From Lingula anatina (Eukaryota > Animalia > Brachiopoda): 64,000 nucleotides of DNA. Position numbers and translations under genes: made by a program. This document shows, piece after piece, positions 13,590 through 26,441 of the stretch (its first letter is position 1; each line of letters starts with the position of its first letter). The stretch lies in NCBI GenBank assembly GCA_051362555.1, contig CM120645.1, forward strand, positions 5,642,001 to 5,706,000, given 5' to 3'. The notes under the pieces are model-generated. The model was not told where the DNA came from. It was given only the letters and a program-made list of their open reading frames with translations, and searched no databases.

Positions 13590-14200
13590 TTAGCAAGAGA
13601 AATATCTGAAAATATCAAATGGAAATAGACAGAAAACCTTTAAAATATGCAGGCACCAAAAAGAAGGAAATATCAACAAAATACACGCAAGGAATTTTAA
13701 ATTATTACAATCAATCATGCCGTTTCCAAAAGAAAGCGGTCTCTTTATCAAGCAAAGGTACTCAGTAAATTTGAAGTTAAACAGGAATATGGTTTGGTAG
13801 TCACATGTCAAGCTCCTGGGAAGAAAAAAATTTCCTTTATTTTACATCATTAAACAAATAATTAAAATAAGTGGATTGCCAATGTAGATACATGTATCAA
13901 CCTGTCTCGTTACGACACAAAGCCACTCTGTAAACAAAAGTATGGTATGGTACTTATGGGGGTTAATATTAATTGCCAAAATTGTACAAAAATCCTGTAA
14001 AAGTAATCTCATCCTGCAGATTTTCAGAAGCAACCAGCCTTTTTACCAAACAAAGCAACTCAGTAAATTTAAAGTAAAACAAAAATACGGTTTGACAGTT
14101 ATGGGGCAAACGTCATGTGTCCGACAACGACGGCGACAGCGTCAACGACAGCGACAGTGACGACACGGACAGACACACCGATCAGTGTCTGTATATAAAA
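13590..14200 (+). mobile_element. Non-autonomous Helentron/HINE-like repeat (internal approx. 300-bp duplication, CGAC-rich tract, terminal hairpin)
   Basis: ACTCAGTAAATTT.AAGT.AAACA duplicated at about 13760 and 14058; CGAC-rich microsatellite 14122-14170; hairpin ACAGACAC..GTGTCTGT 14169-14192 followed by ATATAAAAA; the same end motif occurs at 45.7 kb. Left boundary approximate. Confidence 0.5.
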
Positions 14201-15047
14201 AGCGCTCTTTAACCGCGTTAGGGGGTCTATCGCCTGCATTTTGCAAGGTAATGTCATTAGGTGTCTGCCTTCCAAAGATTACAGTAAATGCAGACTCTTT
14301 CGATTACTGGTAATGGATTCGGTTTAGTAATATTTATTTTGACATTATGGGGGTTCGGTCGAAATCTAGTTAAAGTATAACATTTTCTCTGTTGTGCATG
14401 GTATCCAGACAAATTTCTCTATAAGATCAGTAGTATTTTCTTTCTTGCTTGAGTTATTGTCCTGGTCTTAACATCATAACTTCTGACGGTAATGCTCGTT
14501 TTTAGAAAATTTACTCCCATTTAAACTTGTTGACGTAACTGAGAGAAAGACACTCGTGGTCCTAGGATGATCCATATTTTAAATAGAGAAACACGAAGGA
14601 TATAGAACAATTTTGAGATGTGGTTTCGTAATACACGTGCAATTTCCCTCAAAGCTGTGCCAGAAGCTTGCACACGAAGGGAAATTATTTTTTTACCGCA
14701 AAACAGAACTAGATCTAATAACTTTCATAAAATTGGTCTAGTGCTTTTATCAGAATGACATTTTCCTGAAAAATGATCAGTTCTTCGTAAACGTTTTATT
14801 TGTGTATACTATACTCGCAGAGAAAAAAGAAGTGCTGCGGGGGTTTAAACAGAGGATGTAATTACCGCACTGTTGCGTGTTGTCAAGTCATACTCCCGGT
14901 GGCTATGTACATATTTCAGGTGAAAATACTACACAATACGGATTTTGATCGTACTCTGGATAGTTTTCCTATTTTGCCTCAAGTCCACTTAACTTATTAA
15001 ATCAAATGCCGTATCTAAACCCACTTTGAATGCTTTTTTGAAAGCTG

Positions 15048-15155
15048 AGTCGTTGCCTTTGAAACACGGGAAACGAATTCTTTGCGTGATCTCGAATTTC
15101 GTTGTATGTTTTTACCACTATAAGCGCTTAAATGTTTGCGACCTAGCATATGTAC

Positions 15156-15203
<48 letters not shown>
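15048..15203 (+). repeat. 110-bp dispersed repeat plus A46 tail, copy 1
   Basis: Nearly identical (2 substitutions) to 17675-17784. Confidence 0.9.
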
Positions 15204-15204
<1 letters not shown>

Positions 15205-15890
15205 CAATTTATTGCAAAATACGATTAATTTGATATGAAATCATTGGCCTCTGTGGCTTAAAATACTGCAGCATTTCTTGTTTAACTAAAGGAATCAAAA
15301 CAGCGATATCCTTTGATATTATGTTACATTTATCTAAAACAAACTCATTACCGAACAGTTTCACAATAACACTCCCCAACACAAAAAACTGTGAACACAC
15401 ATGTACAGACATACAAGATCACCCATAAGTAACCACCAACAATGCCGCAACCTTGCAGAACTTTGACTTTGAAAATGAAGAAAAAAACGACAGAAGCATG
15501 CAGTGCAAAACTGTAAACATTAAACGTTTATAAAGCATAGCAGCTTTTTCCAGTTAGGAACCAAAACAACAGGGCTTAGAGTATGTCATTGGAAATCGCA
15601 ATGAAAACAGTTTGCATAATTTCAAAGAATTTGTATATTGGAATCCTGGCAATATGTTAAAAGGCAACGCCTGCCAGAGAAGACGCTACTTGTACTCAAA
15701 CAACAACTATATTTGTTCACCATAGTGGACTAAGGAGGTAGGGGGAGCAGCTGTTGAAGACTTGCAATTCATATGAAGAAAATGTCCTGTAGAACTCTGT
15801 GGAACCCTATTGGAATTCTATCGAAAGTCCTAACGGGTTTCTATGAAAGACATATACCATTCCGGTAGGATTTTGGGCCAATTCTTATAG

Positions 15891-15932
<42 letters not shown>

Positions 15933-17674
15933 GGTGTCTCCGCTACTCCCCATTACGTACAACCGTTCCCGACCCTTTATCCCTTAGCCAATCAAATCTA
16001 TTTGCTTTGAATGCCAAGATGCGAATAAACCATGAAGTTGCGTGCAATTAATTGCTGCGTGCTCGGCATACTGATGAGGTGAACATCTGAAGGTCACTAA
16101 AAGGTCATACAGTGTTCCGCATGTTAAAGATTGCGCTAGTTGTGTCTCAGCCGAGGTCCAGAGGGATTGATCCGAGGTAGTTCAGTGTTAAACCATATAG
16201 ATTTATCAAGCGAGATTACGCTAGATTTGAAGGAGAGTGGGGTAAGAAATAATGGCAGCCTAGAAACTGCTGTGTGACAGTAATTTAAAGCTAACTGAGT
16301 ACATCTACGGATATATTAATAGTTCTTTTATCTGAAGTTTTGTCAAATTACAGTCTATTGTAAAAGAGCAAATTCATATAATGTTTTGGGTGTTACCTTT
16401 GTTTTACTTTCTAAGACATGCATTGTTGCTGAAAGTCAACCCCACACTACGCGGCTTCTCGCACGCTTTTTTTTTTTTTTTTTTGTCTCGTATGACGTCA
16501 CGCGTTGCCGAAGGCCCCGCTTCAGGCTATCTCAGATGATTTCCATTGAAGTAAAGAAATACTTCATTAACTCCATAAAAAAGTGTGACCGCCGCACGCG
16601 CCTTGTTGCCATATGTGACGTCCAACTGTTGTAAGACCAAAGAACATTCGGAAATAAACAAACAAACAAAAAAACTTAGTGCTAGTTTGTTCTCCGTCGA
16701 AAAACTCACTTCACATTGCACTATAACACGAAAAACCAAGGTAGGGCCTATAAACTTTATCAAAATATTATACAAAGATCGTGAATAAAGTGAATGATCA
16801 CGTAAAATATGAATATTAATGAGGGGTGAGTGAGGCGGAACATATGACGCATGCGTGAAAATTATTCGTCACCCGGAGGATGGAGTGCGGCATATACCTT
16901 TATAAACAGGGTGGGGGCAACTGTGCTCCCTCTATGTCCCCTTTTCCAGGCCACGGTCCTGTTGACATAATTAGCCATGGGTTAGTGATGATAATCATCA
17001 AAATAATACGTCTCTTAATTTCTTCTCATCTTACGATGTACCATCACCTTGTTTATTTACTTACTAGATGGTTGCTTTCATTTCCATCAAACAGAACATC
17101 ATAGTGTGCTGAACAACTTTACCTCTAAAGCATCCATGTGACAGTTCCTTCTCTGTGCTTTATGCGCACTCTTATCAAAACGCCCGAGTCATCATCTCAG
17201 TGAATCTCATATAATAAACTACATAGCATCAATCTTTTCTACGCCACAATCCAATAGGGATACCAGATTTATTACGTCCCATTACGTGAACGAAAATCTA
17301 AAAGTCTAAAAGGCCGAGGGCTGACATTCAGTTTAAGTTTGCAGTACTTTTATATATATTAGTTTGTTCTGAAATGGCTATGTACATTTGTTTTTAAACA
17401 AGGAAGTAACATTTATGTACGTTCTGCTGGTAAATGCAATATGTTTGAGTCATTCCGAGGAATAATAAATATTGCAAACTTTATTGCATGCACTTGCTAT
17501 CAACAGTAAGATAATGGGGAAATAACGGCATGGCATGTCACGAGTAGCGTTCACAAATTCTAAACTACCGCAAACATGTTATGTTTTATTATTACTGTAT
17601 GTGACTTGGTGGAGTATGTGAATTATGTGGAGTGAACGATAACATGCAGTCCTTGCATTTTCATTTCTCGTAAA

Positions 17675-17799
17675 AGTCGTTGCCTTTGAAACACGGGAAA
17701 CGAATTCTTTGCGTGATCTCGAATTTCGATGTATGTTTTTACCACTATAAGTGCTTAAATGTTTGCGACCTAGCATATGTACGCCAAAAAAAAAAAAAA
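17675..17799 (+). repeat. 110-bp dispersed repeat plus A14 tail, copy 2
   Basis: Nearly identical to 15048-15157. Confidence 0.9.
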
Positions 17800-17877
17800 C
17801 ATTTTTGGCATAGAGAAGTACATGTAAACCATCACATGAAAAGGAGCGTGCCATCGGGCGTGAGTACAGGCTACCAT

Positions 17878-18540
17878 AGGGCCTGTTCAGATCCAGTTGA
17901 TCCGCGGACTAACTAGTCCGCATATCAAATATTGCTCGCACTTGACAACGGATTCCCGCCTCCCAAGCGCGCCGTCCCTACAGAGAAACAGACCTACCCA
18001 ACTACCAGACTCGGCACATACGGATCCTGAATTAACTGGTATATCGGACCACACTACCCGTTTTCAAGGTGTGTGTCGACAGATCGCATTTCGGAGTATC
18101 AGTCAGAACACGACAGGATGAGCCCGCGGTCGTCCTACAAAATTTGTTCTGGGGTATGATACTCAGAAATGGGTAGTGTGGTCCGATATGCCGGTTAATT
18201 CAGGATTCTTATGTGCCGAGTCTGGTACACACACTGGACAATAGAAGTGTCACCCCCTGAATCAGAGTAATCAAGAGGCGGAATATAAGCAATGTCAGAA
18301 TATCGATACAGCTGAATACAGTTTCTTTTGTGAAATATGATGTTAATAAAATGATACCAGGAGCATATCGTTCCAAAGTCATTTATCTCCTCCAAAGTAT
18401 TGGTTCAGAAGGGGTGACACTTCTATTGTCCAGTGTGTGTAGTTAGGTAGGCCTGAGAAAGAGGAATTAAATTTCGCCAGGTTATGAAGTGGATTGCGCC
18501 GTATCCATATCCGCAGACCAACTGTTTCTGAATAGGCCCT
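17878..18540. mobile_element. Palindromic MITE (PIF/Harbinger-like ends)
   Basis: 31-bp imperfect TIRs AGGGCCTGTTCAGATCCAGTTG.. / ..CAACTGTTTCTGAATAGGCCCT; internal 57-bp inverted arms 18003-18059 / 18171-18227. Confidence 0.75.
18228..18439. mobile_element. Tc1/mariner-type MITE nested inside the previous MITE
   Basis: TIR CACACACTGGACAATAGAAGTGTCACCCC perfect at both ends; TA duplicated at 18226-18227 and 18440-18441; removing it restores the host element arm. Confidence 0.85.
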
Positions 18541-20471
18541 TAAAAGAAAGAGACGTGTCTGAATGAAAATCCTGTATAATATATTGTTCTTTTATAGCTA
18601 AGCAATCCAAGGTAGTGCAGCTTCACAGAAGAACAACTATCTCTGCCGAAGGTGCCATTTTAACCTGAACCCGTTCAAATCAATTTACTATAAACGAAAG
18701 CCACTTTAAATGAGCGACTTGAACTTTTCAAATCATGAAAGAATCTGAAGAAAAAAACCCGCTGTAAATGCCTGATTACAACTTACGTTATCAGAGGCAT
18801 TAGGTTAGCGATTCACTTCACTACTCTTTCTTTTGATAAAGCTTGAGAAGTGAAAACGTATTAGACCTAGGTCGATACTCTCGCTGAGCTGACGGCTAAA
18901 ATTCCACGCGATCCGTAGCTCAGCTTTATTCTCCATAGGTACCATGGCCCCTGGGAACCTGCATGTGAGTGTTTCACCAAAACTGCGAAATCGACATGCA
19001 CTATTTTGGATTTACATTTTACTGGATCCTATAAATGGGATTTAGACTTACACTGTAGTTTTTTTTTAGCTAAAAATGATCATTTCTTGAAAGACCAAGT
19101 TAACATGGCCGTTGTCGCTTTTTCATTTTTGTGGCCAGAAAAATGTTAAATCAAAATGGTCCTCGTCAACTTCGAATTCTTGAGGCCTGATAAAAGATTA
19201 ACTCGTTTTGAAATTTTGTCCATGTCGATGCGCGGCTTATTTGGCAATTTTGTCAACAAGGTTTAGGTTACATTTAGTTCAGGGATGAAATAAAGACCCT
19301 CAATGTGTAAAAGAAGGGTGTGCAAAATACTTCACACTATTCAGTTTACATTAACCATTTGCATTCCCCTTGTTTCACAAAGTGCTATGTTGTTTAAGTG
19401 GGAGTGTTTTGGCCTTTTTGTCGATATACGATTCAAAAGGAGGTGCAGTTTTCGTAAATATTAAAACCCAAAGACGTACAAAATTGCGAGAGAGAGGGAG
19501 AGAGAAATTATTCTCCAATCTACTTTGAAATTGATACATACAATTATTCACAAACTCTTTTAATGAAAAATGTCCATTTGCTATCGGTAACTGTTCACAT
19601 ATCACATTACTCATTATTACAGGCGTCAAAAAGAATAGCGATGAAGGTCACGTGTACATGTACATGTATGCTGTAAACTGTTTATTTTCCTAATGCTAAC
19701 ATTATGTTATCGTTTTATTAAGGCCATATTGGCTCGACCAACTTGAATATAATTATGCATTTATTTTGGTTACGCTGATTGTATATATATTATGTATTCT
19801 TTGAGCTTGTAAAATTATACTTTTTTCTTGCAGCTTACGTTGGAATAAATTATCTATTATCTGACAGGCCGTATGTACATGTAACTCATTCTGTGGGCGT
19901 ACAGTGCAGTGAGTCTGGACTTGTTCTATCTTAAAGTCGGTCACCAAACAATGCTACTACAGTTATTTATCAGAACGGAGATTTCAAATGGTGTCATTTC
20001 TTTGAAGAATCCACCCTGGGCGGTTTCAAAGTCCCGGCGATATTTATAGATATGTAGCTACCTCGCTTAGTTATTCATATTTAGGAGTTTTACTTTCAGT
20101 ATATATGATTTCAGCTAGGGATTATTGGGCGATGAAAGAACTAAAAAACAAAGCCGTTTCTGTAGGCTTATCATTTCTTTGCCTGATGTCAAGTGGGATT
20201 AGAAATCTCGCATTCACGAACCATTATTGTTACAGAAAATGGCAGGCGTAATGATAAATGATATGTCATCTTTTTCGGTATACGCTATTCATTATCTTCA
20301 GTCGTGAAAGTGAAAAACATAGCTATTGGTTTTCTGGCACCTCGACAAAATTGGTCGCATTAAAAAAGTATTTTATTGCAAAACCGCTGAAATGTAAATA
20401 TTTAAATATAGAATACTTTGCGTGATCTTCCTAACGTTACTCATGTTTCTATTTATTGATTTATTCAAGAC

Positions 20472-20681
20472 GTGGAATGGTTGAAAAAAGGGTTTCCCCA
20501 TAATGAAGCCAAACTCATCACTCTTATTATTGAGGTTTACATTGAATTGGGCTTGAAGAATAAAGTCTGGGAAATGTGGAATGGATGAAAAAAGGGTTTC
20601 CCCATACTATTCAGCAAAACTCATCACTCTTACTATTGAGATTTACATTGAATTGGGCTTGAAGAATAAAGCTTGGGAAAT
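20472..20681. repeat. Tandem duplication, 2 x about 105 bp
   Basis: GTGGAATGG..GGGAAAT at 20472-20575 and 20576-20681. Confidence 0.95.
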
Positions 20682-22028
20682 CATGCGTCTTGGAAAGGGC
20701 TATCCGTCGCTGTTCGCATGCCCGCGACAATTACATCAGAAACTCGAAGCCTTATTTGAAGTTTTTCCTTCAACCCGCTCACTCGGGCAATGAGACCAAA
20801 CTGCAATGAAACAAACGACTCAAGTAAAAAAAGGGTTTAAACAGATGTTTGGAAATATATAAATAGATAATGGCTCTTTTCAGCAGGGGGTGCCGATCTC
20901 ATGTCTGAAACTGTGCCATGTTGATGCAAGCGTGAACGCTCATGTTTGATTTATGGCACGGAGTGGCAATGAACATACACTAAATGTTCTGAGTAGAACT
21001 GTCTCATTGAGGAACGTGTTCAATCTGCAATGGTAATTCACAGGTACAAGTTATGGCAAACCCACGCTGTGTTCCTCTTTAGGGGTTACTTGTTAGTCTA
21101 AGGCCAGCAACCCCTTTACCTTATTTTATCCACATCTGTCATATTTTGACAGATAATCATGGAAGTCAGAAGGCATAGTCAAATATATATCATTTTATTA
21201 CCATTCTCCCGTTCATGAGCTCATTTTGAATTCACGGTTGTCGCTCTGAATTTAGCACTGATGCATCACGGAGGAATACAAAATGCAATAAGAAAGTTTG
21301 TATAATTTTCGTTACCATAAGATAAACAGCCCCTGCCGATGGAACCGGATGTATTGATTCACTCCACCCACGGTAAAGTGCCCGACCGCTAATAATTCTG
21401 TGCTGGTGCTTGCTCTAAAATCATAAACGGAATTGTTCATATTTAAGAGGGACTTTTATTTGTGGAGGTTCCCAGTATCATCTTAAATACAGCAACAATC
21501 TGCTGCCCGACAAGCTCGGTCAACCCGAGAAGCTCGGTCTAACAACTTTCTGAAATCTAGCGATTTAACAACGCAAAAGTAACTAGGGAATTGGGAGAAG
21601 ACGATGGAATTTACAAGCACGGCGCCGTGGCTCGAAGCCACTCACTCCTGGATATTAGCCAGCATAAGAGAGCATACCCACTCTTTTTAAGTGTACAAAA
21701 GAAGAAAGAACAATTTCCAGCTGCTTGAATTTCTATAATTTTCTTGACGGGTTCAATTATGCGCGTACCGCGTGCACCGCAGGAGAGATGATATAGATAG
21801 GGCCTGATTTAATAAGCGATACATTTATCCTAACTGAAATCACGCTGTCTGTAATAGCCAAACACAGAGTTAATAGTTTGGAGAGGTTCGGGTTAAGCAG
21901 CTCCCTTAAGAGGTTTCACAAGCAAAGGTAAACATTATTTCAAATTGGCCTCAGACGGTATTTGGAACAAGAATAAGGACAACGTACGAATCCATTGTAG
22001 TTTGCGTGTGGAGATACATTGATAAGAA

Positions 22029-25000
22029 ATGGGGTGGCTTGTATACTTTTTATTATTTACCTTAGGGTTACCTGGAAGTGAGAGCATTGGAACATTTCTG
22101 GATAACGTAATAGTCGACTCCACAGTCGGGCCCCTGAGGGGAGAGATATTGAGGACTCCCCTTGGAGTTTTGTCCAGATTTCTTGGAATTCGTTATGCAA
22201 AGGCTCCAATAGGGAATCTACGCTTTGAGCGTCCCCAGAAACCTCCAAGGAGCTCTGACGTCGTCAACGCCACCGCTTTCGGTGACATGTGCCTTCAGGA
22301 TCTCAATGTACAACTGAAGACCGTATTCCCGAGGACTTACGTTAATAAGCGCTTCCCACACACCCGCATGAGTGAGGACTGCTTATCGCTGAACATTTAC
22401 GTTCCGGGTTCCTTGCTGAACGCAACATCGATTGCAGAAAGGCGCGCGTTAGCGGTAATGGTGTACATTCATGGGGGCTCCTGGGAGTGGGGCACTGGCA
22501 TGAACTTCGATGGTACCAACATGGCCCTGTTGGGTGACGTCATCATAGTAACAATAAATTACCGCTTGGCCCTATTTGGATTGTTCTCCACTGGAACTTC
22601 TGCAGCCCCTGGTAACTATGCTTTCGAGGACCAACTGTGCGCCATACACTGGGTGAGGGATAATATTGAGGCGTTTGGGGGAAACGCTTCCTTGATCACA
22701 CTGTTTGGCAACTCCGCTGGAGCCGCTTCGGTGGCTCTCCATCTGATGAGTCCACGAAGCAAGGGTCTCTTCCACAGGGTTATCATTCAAAGTGGCACGT
22801 ACCCGCCTGGGGACGAGACGGCGAACGCGCTGATGGGCCCGTCCGTTAGCGAGAACAGTTTGGAATTAGCACGCCGTTTGGAATGCGAAAGTGACAACAT
22901 CGAGGAAGTCGTGGAATGCATGAGAGGTAAAACGGCGCTTGAAATAAAGCGAGTCTTTGACGAATACAAAAACGAAAAAGATGGGATTTTCTCTCAGCCT
23001 TTACAACCGCGTTTTGATGACGACTTTTTGAGTGCCGATGATGTTGCCAGAGGCAACGCTGAAGGGGTACCTGTGATGCTGGGAACAGTAAACGATGAAT
23101 TTGCATTCATCTTTGCAATAACTGGAAAACTTCACACGCTTGATGGTATTCAGGATCTTGCTGATGAATACATCGACAATTTCATACACAGTAAGAAAAT
23201 GAAGCTATTCTTAAAGTATCAGTACCTTGGTGAGAACTTCAGCAACGCACCCCCATCAGTTGTGCGTCGGGCCTTTTTGGACGCCATGACAGATCTAAAC
23301 TTCTTGAAACCAGATTATTTAGCGGCTAATGAGTTTAGTAATAAAAGTAACGTCTATGCATACCATATGACACACAAGTCCAGTTTTGCTCATTGGCCGG
23401 ACTATGTCCAAGCAGTGCACATGGACGAACTTTACTATGTGTTTGGAGACGTTTTTGAAAAAGATTTATTCGGACAAAATGCCCCAACAGAAGAAGAAAC
23501 CAAACTTAGTGAATACATGGTTAATGCCTGGACAAACTTTGCTAAAACTGGGTAAATATTAGTTTGATCATATAAAATGATATTATCGTTGTACATGTTA
23601 ATATCGGATAAAGGGACTTTGAAATCTTAACTTCAGATAAAGGTTCCCTCGTGCAAAATATGGTTTATGTCAGTTTCTTACAAGAATAATAGTTTGCTAT
23701 CATCGATGAGGTCCTTGTACCGGTAGAATGGAATCCATTGCAAAATACAGGATATTAAGATCAGGGGTTCCTCCCCATAACTGAAAGTAAATTTCAGGTG
23801 AAATGTTTGTTATTTAAGGCATCTTGCAGTGCCTAGTTAGTAGTTAATGAAAGGTTTGAAAATTGGGGGTGAAGGGTACCCCACTCAACCCCCCACCCAC
23901 ACCTAGCCCCACTGAAAAGAAGAGCGCGAATAATCATTCTGTTTACGCTGTCAGTAGACATTATGCATGCCAAGTAGTAAAATGTGTATATTTGCTTCAG
24001 GGATCCAAATACACCCTCACCCTTGATCAACGGAAGTAGACCCCTTTGGCTGCCATACACGGTGGATAACAAATATTATTTAGAATGGACTGCAAACCTG
24101 TCGCAGCAGTCTCTAAAGAAAAATCTCAGGCTCAGAGAAATGGTACTTTTGGTGGACGTGTTGGAGAAAATGAGGAACAGTTTTGAAATAGCTGGTAAGG
24201 AGTAGGGCTCATCTGTTTTTCAGTGGCATATCTTCTATACTTGACGATTCTGGATTCTGTAACATGGTAATTCTTCACCGTGCAAAGCAAGGCAAATAAA
24301 AAACAATACACGGGGACATATTTGGGACACGGGGCTGGGGAAACTGCTTGGCTTCGTTTAGTTGCTTTCCTTTATTAGCTGAAGGATAGGGGTAAGGGAT
24401 ACATGAATCTCCGAAGCTAAGGAGGCATTAAGCCTGTGCGCTCCCATTGTGCCCGGCATAAGGCATCTACAATGGGCTTCATTTGAAAAAAGGTAAAATT
24501 GTGTAAAACTGGGTGTCAGATATTAAGACAGACACAATTTCAGCGCTTGCAATAAACGTACATACGTCCCTGTTCTTTCTCTCTCTCTCTCTCTCGTTGC
24601 AAGCATCACAGAACACGGTACGTTATATATTTTTAATAAATGAACATTACCAACAGGATATATTTCATTCCGCCTGAACTTAAAAGCTTATGCCAAATAT
24701 TTAGAACATTTGGATTCATTTGATTGCATATATAATCACGTCTGGTTGACCACAATTGAACTTTATTGGACATATGTTTTGATTAAGGTCAATCCATACA
24801 ACATGTTCAGCAAAACAACCCCAGGCTCAGAAACAGATTAAGAGAACGAATGACATTTGTGTTTTCTTTTTTTCAGTTCCCCCAGGCATGCTGTGTATGG
24901 TTACGGTAAGTTTATCATTAGGTTTATTCTAATTACAAGATTTGGAACTGAAGTAAAACATTACCGATGTGTTCTGGAGATAATGGGTAAGAAAATTGTT

Positions 25001-26441
25001 GGCTTAGCAGTTTCCGCACGAGATTGTATTTGATCAATGAAAAACGCAAAGATGAATTTTGGCACTTGAAAAACTTGTTAATGTATATATGTGTGGCGTC
25101 TGCGGAAGAAATTCTTTTCACTTGTACATTGATTATATAATCTGTTTTAATTTTCACCTGTGGTATTTCAATTTGAAATACACCCGTTCGTTAAAAAAGT
25201 AAATTAAAATGTGACCGTGGAATTTGATGGATCAGTTTTACTTTAGTCCTAAATGCTTCCAGGCATGGAAGCCTGCAGCAAATTTTGCTCTGTTTCATAT
25301 AGCGTACGTATACATGTAGTACCATATTTCATATCAGAAATACCTGGTATACTACGCATGTCCTATCTGTTTTCGTTTACTTCAAATCAGAGTCACAGGG
25401 ATTGAGTTCTCTTTTGGTTTCTTTATTTCTTTTATTTTTAATAAGTATATCATGACCCAAATTTGCCATCTTGAAAACAATCGAAAATTCGTTAATGCTA
25501 AAAAAACTTTTAAATCGAACACAGAAACTTACAATGGGAAGACAAGGGAATGAAATGAATATGTAAAATGACAACTCTGCTTGGATACAATTTTTGAATG
25601 AATGAATAATGTAAGCTTGGCATTTGGCAATAAGAGAAAATATCGAAAACGCGTTCCACAGAGCACTTGATTTACGGCAACATCTTAAACAGCTCGTGTC
25701 GTCTTCACTGAAAACTGGAATTCCGCCATCATGATTTATCCGACCGTATGCTACACATGTGCCCAGAAAGCACGATAAGAATCATATTACAGTGTTAGTA
25801 GTGTTACTAGAAGACCTGCGGTTGTTTAAATAATGTCCCGCCTAGGAAACGTAAATCACAATAACAAGAGATTAGAAGATCACCATGTCTTAATGCCCTG
25901 TATACTACTGTATACTACTGCTATTAGATCCTCTTCTAGGTATAATCTGTACGGAAAACTTCATGCTTGTCTGGGAAATTTCTCCCGAGAGTTAGCTGCA
26001 ATGAGTGTGTATGCTTAGAGGTGCGAGTTTTTGATAGTGGTTAAACAGGGTATCATGGTCAACGTTTGTTCGTTATCAGAATCAAAAAGAAAAATAATTC
26101 GAAAAAAAAAACGTTAAAATCAGTGGATTTTCTTCAGGCTGTTAGCAATGCGACAGAACAATCAATCAAATGAAGTTCACATTCGCGGATATTGTACATA
26201 AAGTCGTTTCAAAACCTATTTTTAGATTCTTAGAAATCCTTTATTCCGGAAAAGGCCTTGTATAAATTGTTCGCTTTTGATAAATGTTGATTTTTTAAAA
26301 TAACGTTAATTTTCATATTTCCAGGAAAACATGAAACTGTTTTCTGTGATGCTCGGTGTAAGCGTTTTCTTCCTAGTTGCATTTCTTGTAATGCTGACAC
26401 TTTGGTGTAGACAGAGACGAGCAAGGCAATACGGCATGTGA
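22029..26441 (+). CDS. Type-B carboxylesterase / neuroligin-like type-I membrane protein, paralog 2 (about 620 aa, 4 exons)
   Basis: Exons 22029-23551, 24001-24194, 24877-24905, 26325-26441 (1863 bp; intron phases 2,1,0 as in paralog 1). Signal peptide; SEDCLSLN, HGGSWEWG, GNSAG, VNDEF, AVHMDEL, NFAKTG|DPN; TM segment LFSVMLGVSVFFLVAFLVMLTLW followed by CRQRR. Confidence 0.9.

Noticed and set aside
16071-16100. Third hammerhead (CTGATGAGGTGAACATCTGAAG)
   Set aside because: No GAAA, weak stem II, no flanking stems.
4523-16500. Scattered TGACGTCA (CRE-like) palindromes
   Set aside because: Unclustered and also present inside exons; no support for function from sequence alone.
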